Made by a program: the position numbers and the translations under genes
NCBI GenBank assembly: GCA_951406725.2
Contig: OX597835.1
Location: 7,812,001 to 7,876,000, forward strand
Length of the DNA stretch: 64,000 nt
Direction: 5' to 3'
Source: Octopus vulgaris
Lineage: Eukaryota
Shown: piece after piece, positions 53,019-64,000 of the stretch
How the letters are laid out: every line of letters begins with the position of its first letter
Numbering within the stretch: the stretch's first letter is position 1
Notes under the pieces: generated by a model
The model's database searches: none
Seen by the model: only the letters and a program-made list of their open reading frames with translations
What the model was told of the DNA's origin: nothing

Positions 53019-53171
53019 AATTCCGCCGAGATCGACTTCGCCTTTCATCCTTTCGGGAGTCGATTAAATAGGTACCAGTTAGGCACTTGGGTCGATATAA
53101 TCGACTTAATCCGTCTGTCTGTCTTTGTTTGTCTCCTCTGTGTGTAGCCCCTTATGGCTAGTAAAGAAATA
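53019..53171 (+). mobile_element. SINE family 2, 5'-truncated
   Basis: AATTCCGCCGAGATCGAC...GTAAAGAAATA. Confidence 0.85.
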
Positions 53172-53281
53172 TTGTTAAAGGTGTACAAAAGCAAGCAGAA
53201 CATATTTTTACTTCCCATGCAGATAAAGAGAAGAAGAGGGAGAGGGAGAGAGGGAGAGAGAGAAGACGTGAATTGATATAC

Positions 53282-53507
53282 GGCGAGCTGGCAGAAACGT
53301 TAGCACGCCGGGCGAAATGCGTAGCCGTATTTCGTCTGCCGTTACGTTCAGAGTTCAAATCACGCCGAGGTCGACTTTGCCTTTCATCCTTTCGGGGTCG
53401 ATAAATTAAGTATCAGTTAAGCACTGGGGTCGATGTAATCTACTTAATCCGTTTGTCTGTCCTTGTTTGTCCCCTCGGTGTTTAGCCCCTTGTGGGTAAT
53501 AAAGAAA
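53282..53507 (+). mobile_element. SINE family 2, full length
   Basis: GGCGAGCTGGCAGAAACG...GGGTAATAAAGAAA. Confidence 0.9.
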
Positions 53508-53683
53508 CAGAAACAGATATACACACTTCTAAGCTTTCAGTTTAGATGTCATCCAACAATGTCCACAAATGGAGCCCACGACCTTCTGATTCTTCTGAGC
53601 CCAACGCTATAACAACTAGGCCACTCAGTTTTATACATCCTTTCATACACACGCGCACACTCACATTTCTGTGTGTATATATC

Positions 53684-53686
<3 letters not shown>

Positions 53687-53755
<69 letters not shown>

Positions 53756-53884
53756 GTTGGGATGCAGGATTTCATTACTGCTTACGTAATGAATAAACAC
53801 ATTATCGATAAAGAGAGATACGGGATAATTGTGTTAGACACACACAGATCTTTACATATATACGCACTCTTGTATATATTTGTC

Positions 53885-53919
<35 letters not shown>

Positions 53920-54050
53920 CTGTTGGGATGCAGGATTTCATTACTGCTTACGTAATGAATAAACACATTATCGATAAAGAGAGATACGGGATAATTGTGT
54001 TAGACACACACATATCTTTACATATATACGCACTCTTGTATATATTTGTC

Positions 54051-54091
<41 letters not shown>
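53687..54091. repeat. Tandem duplication of a ~136-bp unique segment bounded by (CA)n
   Basis: 53753-53888 and 53919-54054 differ at about one base. Confidence 0.9.
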
Positions 54092-54094
<3 letters not shown>

Positions 54095-54632
54095 CATATG
54101 TTTATGTGCATAAACACACATATTAGTGAGATTACACACACAGAAACACACACATAACTGTTGGGTGCTCATTAAAGGCGTTATAAAATTAATTAATGTT
54201 GCCCAATAAATGCGATCTGCTTAAATAGGTGCATATGTCTAAACAACTTAATAGATGAAATGGCGGGTTGTGTAATATTGACAGTAAACCATAATATAAT
54301 TGGGAGATGAAATACCTTAATGATTGCTGGCAAGATTTATGGATTAAACACGTGCACACGCGAAAACGTGGATGCAGTCGTACATTCAGTAATCCATATA
54401 TGCGTACATCCAAGCATACATGCAGACGGAAATACGCCACACGCAATTATATATTTAGATGCATACAAGTAATTATGTGAGATGTGGATTGTGAATTTCG
54501 CGTCCATCTTGAGACGGTTGGATTCATGAAACCAGAATGATAGGATTAAATAGAAAATTAGAATCCCAAGACATTAAAGCCACACAAAAAAATCTGTGAA
54601 TTGAACTCAAAGTGTAGTATAACGCACATATA

Positions 54633-55050
54633 GGTGCAGGAGTGGCTGTGTGGTAAGTAGCTTGCTAACCAACCACATGGTTCCGGGTTCAGTCCCACTG
54701 GGTGGCATCCTGGGCAAGTGTCTTCTGCTATAGCCCCGGGCCGACCAATGCCTTGTGAGTGGATTTGGTAGACGGAAACTGAAAGAAGCCTGTCGTATAT
54801 ATGTATGTATATGTATATGTATGTGCGTGTTTGTGTGTCTGTGTTTGTCCCCCTAGCATTGCTTGACAACCGATGCTGGTGTGTTTACGTCCCCGTCACT
54901 TAGCGGTTCGGCAAAAGAGACCGATAGAATAAGTACTGGGCTTACAAAGAATAAGTCTCGGGGTCGATATGCTCGACTAAAGGCTGTGCTCCAGCATGGC
55001 CGCAGTCAAAATGACTGAAACAAGTAAAAGAGTAAAAAGAGAGTAAAGAG
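54633..55050 (+). mobile_element. SINE family 1, full length
   Basis: Near-identical to 16854-17267. Confidence 0.92.
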
Positions 55051-56689
55051 TATAGCTACATATGTATAGACACACACGTGTGTGCTTGCCCGTAGATATA
55101 AGTCAGATAGATGTACGCATATATGTGTGCGCGTGTGTCAGTTTGTAAACCGTGAAGACACCCTCTATATGTGTGTATGTGCATTTGTATGTATAACTAT
55201 TCATACAGATACACGTACATAATACTTATATAAGGAATTCCTTTCTTCGTTTCTTACTTTTGAAGTCAGAGCGGCTGAAACAAAAATTGCGGCCACAGTT
55301 GCCGCTGCCATTGAATGGCTTGCTCAACAATCATCGCCCTTCCAAATAATAGATTATTTGTCTTCAATATTATAAAATATATCAATGACAATATTCTGAG
55401 ACAGTTTCCTTTTGCTTCTGTCTATTTTAGCACTGAATCTACGCATTGTAATGGTAGGGACCACAGAAACAAAATACACAATTTCTTCGTGGACAATGTA
55501 AAAGTTTATATTCGAAATGGTGAAGACGCTGAGAGACAGGACGTTAGGATATGGGGCCTACAAAGAAACAAATGGTTGAGCAACTGCCTCTAGATATATC
55601 TCCCAACCCAGCCAGATATATATATATATATATATATGTGTGTAACTTCGTAACCGTCTATCGACTTTGCTCCAGTGTGCTAAGACAGAGAGAACCTCGA
55701 ACGCACTTGCTCTAAATCTTCGTTGGAAACACGACTCAGTTTTGCAGATCTCTGAGGCAATTAGGAAATAGCAGCAGAAATAGCCACACTATAGCCCGAA
55801 AGATAGGTTTTGTTAAGGAGACAGATTAGTTGCAGAACTGACTTCAAAATTAGTATGAATGTTAAAATTGAAATATTAGATGAGTTGGCGATCGGCCAAG
55901 AAACATAATTTTGCAACCACAACTGAAAAGAAGTTACTGTTTGCTCTTCTACATTATGGATAAGCTCTATACAAGCTGTTTAACCAATTCCTCTGTGACG
56001 ATTTCGAAGGAAATTAAGCAATGACAGATGAGCTTGCAAATGGAAATAGAACACAGTGCAGATGTACCGAACAATGTTTCTAATTAATAAAATTATTTTG
56101 ACAGAATTAAAGAAAAATACAAATCAGTAAAACGAAAAAAAAAAGAATAAGAAAAATACTTTCTGAGTGTTATTCTTGATTACAGAAAAGTTGTTCGACT
56201 CTCTTCTTCACTCTGGATAGTTGTCCTAATTGTTATTCTATTTGCTCAAAGACCTCATCAATTATTTTCTCTTTTACACTTCAATGCAAAGCAATTCCTT
56301 CTGGTACTGGACATCGAAAGAACTATTTGCTTCTGTTCATTTCAAACTTTACACCTGAAATAAGAATCATCTGTTCATTTGGTTATGTTAGGTCAAAATT
56401 GAACTAAACGGAATTTTCCTACAAATTTAATCTGCAAGTGAGCAACAGAAATATGCAAAACTAAAACCAACATATAACTGTTTGTTGATGATGTTAACTA
56501 AATCGAAGCATTGGAACTTTGTTTCTTAGAAACCAGCCTCATTTTATAGCAAAATTACAGTGTGGGGTTTATATACAGCAAGTACAGCACAATAAAGATA
56601 TAAGTATTTAAAAATCATGTTAGAATCTAAACCCACACAAAAGCTTTTGCAGTCTCTAAACGTGATTCATATCGAAATTATTTCAGAGT

Positions 56690-56860
56690 CACAGAAAATA
56701 ATTTGATGGCATTGAGCCTTTCCCATTTTCACTCCGTAATCTAAAGAATGATGAGAAGTGAGGATGTAATGCAATTTTAGACAATCAGATAAGGTCGTAT
56801 CTGGGAGTTTATCGTAACACATCTGGTTACGTATTCCTGCCATGAAGTACCATAAAGGTG
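56690..56860 (-). mobile_element. Possible degenerate hAT transposase C-terminus
   Basis: KLPDTTLSDCLKL...TSHHSLDY...AQCH resembles the RLTD..L..CL.L...QCH end of Charlie/SPIN-type hATs; seen by eye only. Confidence 0.3.
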
Positions 56861-58439
56861 TGCATCTATAATGGATAGTAATCTCAATAGAAACCTCTCG
56901 TGATGTGTATCTAGATGTCACCCTGTGGCTCCAATTTAACTTATAACTAAACTTGAGAAATCCATCTTTTATTTTCCCTTCTTCCATCTATAAATCTTAA
57001 TCAATAATTTATTTGCCTTATCTGCAATACTGAACACGCTATGAAACATTATCAACTAATATGGTGCGTGCGTTTAGCAGACAATTTGTGGTTATGCAGA
57101 AATCTGTTATTTATATTGCATTATCTTTCAGTTAGCTTTCCAAGACCAGGAACTATAATTAGATGAAACCGTAGGAAACTAATTGTAGTTTAAATTACAA
57201 TTTAATTTGATTCTCGGTGCAGTTATGCAATTCTTTGCAGTCCTTGATTTTAAGACATCCTTAACGGACCTTACCAATAACTATTTGATCCGGGGTCTTT
57301 TTGGCAACGCATTTCAATGCAATCAGGCAACCATCGGAATTTGTCTCTTGTATTTTAAAACTTTATTGGCAACACTTTTAATTCTAAAAATTCCATGCAT
57401 CAGAATGTGCGGGGCGTTTGCTGGCTGGGAGAAATAGCGGACCTTTAAATAGCCAAATTCATATTAAAAAGAAAAAAAAATTAATGTAATGTCTTATTTA
57501 TATTAAGGGCTAAGACTTTCTCGCTTGCTTCTAAGTTTTAAGAAACGTCAACAATAAACAGTTTCAAATATAAATTGTGATTCCATGCTTTGTGTCTCTG
57601 TTCGAATCTTAACTATTCCCCGGTCACTAATATTGGTTCAAATGTACTATTGATTTTGCTTTAGAATTGCTCAGAAATACCAGCTAACGAACTTTATGTC
57701 TCCTATTTAGCTGAACTCAGTTAACCATAGTAACATCCGATGTATTGCGTCAGAAATCTGGTGCTAACAAGCAATATGATCGTATTTTCTTTCAACCTGA
57801 AACATCATCAACTTCTACTTCAATTTCTGTCAACTTCGTTTTAGTTATTCATCAAATTATTTCGTGTCTGTCCAACCCTAACTAGTACTTCCTTTCATTT
57901 CTAATTACGTATCTGTTTAATAATCTTAACTTAATGAGCAATGGACGGTGAATCAGTTCGCAAAATTGTAAAGTAATAGCACGGTGTCGTAATATCGAAA
58001 AAGCACGTCACTTGATTTCAGTGTTAATGTCGGCTGCCACAGCCCCACCCCAGAGATTTTGCCTGAAGAGGGGTGGGTTGACCCAAGCTGATTTCCATTA
58101 ACCATATTACATAAAGTATAAGAGGAAGGATCTACACTGTCACTAGGTCTGCTAGAAATAGCAGGTAATTTCCCTCAAATTCCACTTTACCCTCTTAACA
58201 AAAGGAAGGTAATATTGGAAAATGTAGTTACGTAAGATTTGTCAAGTGATACGAGGTGGTCATAGATGGAAGCCTTTGATTGTACGTCTAATCGAACAGC
58301 GCTGATGTGTAAGTGATTATTAACAAGAACAACAACTCGAAAACCATTAACCAGATGAAATTGAAACATTCAGGTGTGTCCCCGAAGCCAATAGATTCGT
58401 CAGCTTCCTAATCGCTTCCCAATATTATCATCCTACCCT

Positions 58440-58645
58440 CAATTAACCATAATTAACCAGCATTCATTTATGAATTTACATCTACTTAACTCTAATTAAC
58501 CGATATTCAATTATGATTTTACGGCTATTTAACCTTAATTAACCAGCGTTCGATTGTACAATTGATTAAACACGCTTAGTTAGTTCTAATTAATCAGCAC
58601 TTGACCTTGTGTATCGGTAACCTAGGCAACCGGGCTATAATTAAT
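58440..58645. promoter_or_regulatory. Candidate enhancer: TAATTA cluster in a degenerate 43-bp repeat plus X-box
   Basis: TAATTAACC at 58450, 58493 and 58536; further TAATTA sites at ~58587 and ~58639; GTAACCTAGGCAAC at 58617-58630. Confidence 0.4.
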
Positions 58646-58794
58646 GTTTCCAATCATATTAGTAATTATTTCTTTGATGCATCAACTTGTTACCTGAAAA
58701 ATAGGGAGAAAATCACAAATTGATTCGATTTAAAGGTCGGATCAATATAAATGTGTATATGAGTGTGTGTATGTGTGTGTGTGTGTGTGCGCTC

Positions 58795-58845
<51 letters not shown>

Positions 58846-59176
58846 CATATGTATATGTATATGTGTGTGCTTTACACACTATTTCCTCAGTGTGCGTTGG
58901 TTTTCTTTACAGATTTCTGCGTTTGTGTAAGCGCGAGTGTATGTGTGTGCGCGCCTTCGTATGTGTGTGAGAGAGAGAGAGAGAGAGAGTGAGAGTGAGA
59001 AAGAGCATCTGTTTAAAAACTAATGACAAAAGAAAACCAATAAAGCTAGACAACTGAAGTAAAATTAGCCAAAGGAATATATTTGCAAAGTAAGACGACG
59101 CAACGTACGTTTCCCTCTTATTTGACCTCCTCAATGCAGTCTATTTATCTCCGGTAGGTTCACGAGTGATCCCTAT

Positions 59177-59244
<68 letters not shown>

Positions 59245-59330
59245 TGTATATATAAATACAAATATATATATATGTATGTATATATATATCTATATATATA
59301 TATGTTTTTATATATTATATATATAAATAC

Positions 59331-59431
<101 letters not shown>

Positions 59432-59437
59432 TATATG

Positions 59438-59531
<94 letters not shown>

Positions 59532-59631
59532 TGGGGGCGTAGACGAAACAGTGTCAACGATATGGCTGGTGAAGACATCACGCGTGTACGTTCTACATTC
59601 TGCCATGCAAAAATAAGTGGCATCTTCACTC

Positions 59632-59645
59632 GTTGTCATGGTAAC
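59632..59645. promoter_or_regulatory. Candidate RFX X-box
   Basis: GTTGTCATGGTAAC; motif match only. Confidence 0.4.
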
Positions 59646-59779
59646 CGTCACTAATAATATTTTCCTCACTAATAATCTATCAATATCTCCATAAATTCTA
59701 ATGACACTTTTACACTGCCACGCTGATGATGATGACGATGATGTTGATGATGCTTGACGCCAACACCACCGCCACCACC

Positions 59780-59791
59780 ATGATGATGATG

Positions 59792-59873
<82 letters not shown>

Positions 59874-60751
59874 GCATCATCTACGTAATCATTGTTACTA
59901 TCATTATAATTATCATCCTAGCCGTTTTGGTTGTCATATCGCGCCGCTGCTGCTGCTATGCCTCCTGCTGCTTCTCCTGCTCCTCCTCCTCCCCCTCATC
60001 ATCATCATCACCATCATCATTGTCGTCATAATCATCTTTATGATTATCAGCACAAAACACACACAGCATCATCATTCCTAAACCCAACGACATTCACCAT
60101 TGTCATTGTTCTCATCACCATAACCACCACCACCACCACCACCATCACCACCACCACCACCAACCACCACCATCACTACCACCACCACCACCACCACCAC
60201 AGCCACCAATACCACCACCACCACCACCACCAATACAACCACCACCACCACCACCACAACCACCACAACAACCACCACCACCACCACCACCTACCACCAC
60301 CACCACAACCACCACCACAACCACCGCCACCACTACAACCACCACCAACTACCACCAGATCCACCACCACCAGCACTACCATCACCACCACCACAACCAC
60401 CACCACTACCACCATCACCATCATCATCATCACCACCACCAATACTCCCACCACCACCACCACGCCACTACCACCACCACAACCACCATCATCGTCATCA
60501 TCACCACCACCACCACCACCACTGCCGCCGCCAACGTCTTCATCATCATCATCATCACCATCATCATCATCATCGTCATCGTTATCATCACCACCAATAC
60601 CACCACCACCATCACCCTCATCATCATCATCATCATCAACATCGTCGTCGTCATCATCATCATCATCATCACCATCATCATTGACATAATCATCATCACC
60701 CTCATCATCCTCGTCATCATCACCACCACCACCACCACCACCACCACCACC

Positions 60752-60785
<34 letters not shown>

Positions 60786-60791
60786 TCATCG

Positions 60792-60822
<31 letters not shown>

Positions 60823-60838
60823 TATCATCATCATCAAC
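59780..60838. repeat. Compound (GAT)/(CAT)/(CAC) low-complexity tract
   Basis: Direct inspection. Confidence 0.93.
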
Positions 60839-61085
60839 ATTGACATAAATCATCATCGACATTAGTTTACCATAAATTCTTTTACTTCCCAACCTGAACC
60901 GTTTCCAGTTAGCAAAGACCTGAAGACTGCTCTTTAGGTGTCATTATTATTACGGTTCCAAGATTGGCAAAATCCTCAGCACCGGATTAGGAATCCTACA
61001 ATCATTTTCTGCTGCGTCGACGATGTTACGTCGGCAAAAACAGTTCCAACATCACTTCCAACAATTATTCTACACTTACATTGTG

Positions 61086-61118
<33 letters not shown>

Positions 61119-61121
61119 GAA

Positions 61122-61158
<37 letters not shown>

Positions 61159-61311
61159 ATGCATGAAGGATGGGTGGAGGTGGTGCGTGTGTTTTAATGT
61201 TATTGATTAATGCCTCGAATTCCAAGATAATCTCAAGTCACTCTGATGTCTTGCCAAAATATGAAGATTTCAAAGTTGAGGAAACAACGATCACTTACAC
61301 ACGCGCACACA

Positions 61312-61342
<31 letters not shown>

Positions 61343-61688
61343 TTACATGCAGATATATATACATATATGCATGCATGAATATAAACATACATACATATAT
61401 ACATGTATATATACATACATGCAAACATTCATTCATACATACATACATACATACATACATAAAAACCTGTATGCATGGATGCATGCATGTATACATACGT
61501 ATATACATGTATGTATACATCTATACATACATACATGCATACGTATGTTGTGTACTGATAGGTACGTACATTTCTATATATGTATAGATAGATAGAAAGA
61601 TAGATATAGATGTAATTATATACAATATATAACTATTCACACATATATATTCATATATTTATGTGTACATATATTAATATATTATTTA

Positions 61689-61787
<99 letters not shown>

Positions 61788-61812
61788 TATATATATACGT
61801 ATATATACATAC

Positions 61813-61921
<109 letters not shown>

Positions 61922-61950
61922 TATATATATATATACGTATATATACATAC

Positions 61951-62011
<61 letters not shown>

Positions 62012-62020
62012 TGTACTAAC

Positions 62021-62083
<63 letters not shown>

Positions 62084-62220
62084 TGGATTAAATAAGTGGA
62101 TGAATGCAAACGAGGAGGTCCACAGATGACAGAAAACTAATAAATAATTGCCGATTTGTGTGTATATAATAGTATGGCACAATTCTAAATCTGCAAAGTT
62201 ACCCAGCTATGTGTGCATGT

Positions 62221-62312
<92 letters not shown>

Positions 62313-62497
62313 GAATTAATATAAACAGCTAGATAAAATATAATGCCATAACGGAAAATAAAAATTGTCAGTAAATGTACTTCAGGGTGCTGAATCACTT
62401 ACATTGCTACAAATAATAGTTAAAAACAGTTAATACTTTTAACTTTATACACCGACAGGGAAGATATCCTCCCAGTGTGTGCACATGCACATATATA

Positions 62498-62816
<319 letters not shown>

Positions 62817-62824
62817 ATATATAC

Positions 62825-62880
<56 letters not shown>

Positions 62881-62885
<5 letters not shown>

Positions 62886-63090
62886 AGAAAGCTGGTGTGT
62901 GAGAGCACGTGGTTGGATTTATAAAAAATAGTAAAGAGTGAAAAAACTACAGAAGGCTTGTTTTATAAGTTTTGATTCGTTACGTTAGAAAAATGTTATA
63001 CCAAATTTTATAACATTTTTCTAACATAACGTCTTAAATATATTCTTTAACCTTATAAAACAAGCCTTGTGTATTTTTTTCACTCTTTTC

Positions 63091-63094
<4 letters not shown>
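62881..63094. repeat. (TA)n-embedded foldback element
   Basis: ~43-bp inverted arms (62927-62969, 63052-63094) enclosing a second ~23-bp-arm hairpin (62978-63031). Confidence 0.75.
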
Positions 63095-63136
<42 letters not shown>

Positions 63137-63206
63137 ACAAACATGATAAGACAACAATAGAATGAAAGAAACCTCGATATTATGTAAATCGATATTATGT
63201 AATGAA

Positions 63207-63435
63207 GGTGGCGATCTAGCAGAAACGTTAGCACGCTAGGCGAAATGCTTAGCAGTATTCGGCTGCCGTTACGTTGTGAGTTCAAATTCCGCCGAGGTCG
63301 ACTTTGCCTTTCATCCTTTCGGGGTCGGTAAATTAAGTACCAGTTACACACTGGAGTCGATGTAATCGACTTAATACCCATGTCTGTCCTTGTTTGTCCC
63401 CTCTATGTTTAGCCCCTTGTGGGTAATAAAGAAAT
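63207..63435 (+). mobile_element. SINE family 2, full length
   Basis: Family head, body and tail; TATTATGTAA on both flanks is a possible TSD. Confidence 0.88.
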
Positions 63436-63869
63436 GGTTATTATGTAAATCATTCTAGACAACACATTTTCTGCACTATAGGAAGGGAGATAATCTAAAC
63501 CATACGATCTCATCTATTCTTTTCAGCCGACACTAAAGGTTTGTATAAAAAACCAAGGTTAACTTAGCCTAAATCTACTTTCTTCATTATTTTTCAGTAA
63601 ATCTCCACCGGAAATCGTTTACGTAGGATAAATAAAATGGAAGACAGGTGGATATTCACATTTAATGCATGAGTGTCTTAAATAAAAGAGTGCACCAGTT
63701 GAACAGGTTTTTACTACAGATTTGAAAGACCGTCGTCGTTGTTATTCTGATATTCGATCATCTTTCACTCTTTTCATTCTATATATTTATTTAACAATGG
63801 TACATTAAACAAAATATGTGTGCATCCGTGTAAGTTTATTGTATATCTAACTATCATTCTATCTATCAT

Positions 63870-63938
<69 letters not shown>

Positions 63939-64000
63939 ACATACATACATACATGGTGGCTGCCCCCTCGTTATCGAGTATGGCCATTGCACGAAACTTA

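Noticed and set aside
59931-60892. His/Pro/Thr-rich or Gly/Asp-rich protein
   Set aside because: Open in several frames on both strands because of CAC/CAT repeats; no unique coding segment.

Overview
AT-rich, microsatellite-saturated eukaryotic non-coding DNA. It is probably intronic or intergenic, and the repeat families look like those of an octopus or other coleoid cephalopod (inferred from SINE architecture, not from a search). I found no intact host protein-coding gene, rRNA, true tRNA or CRISPR array; nearly all listed ORFs are translated simple repeats. The window holds: an 11 x 97-bp near-perfect tandem array; four complete non-autonomous Helitrons in two subtypes (A|TC...hairpin-CTAG|T); three tRNA-derived SINE families in many copies; CR1-type and RTE-type LINE fragments; several Tc1/mariner fossils; and small (TA)n-associated elements with hammerhead-ribozyme core motifs that look Penelope-derived. 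The best candidates for follow-up are (i) a 1.5-kb non-coding element at 32224-33765 with identical direct and inverted repeats and permuted hammerhead-like cores that recur in other loci, (ii) minimal hammerhead motifs at 18.0, 24.9 and 47.2 kb, (iii) SINE/LINE 3'-tail sharing and SINE tail swapping, and (iv) three RFX X-box motifs in unique sequence. No novel multi-gene system is supported.
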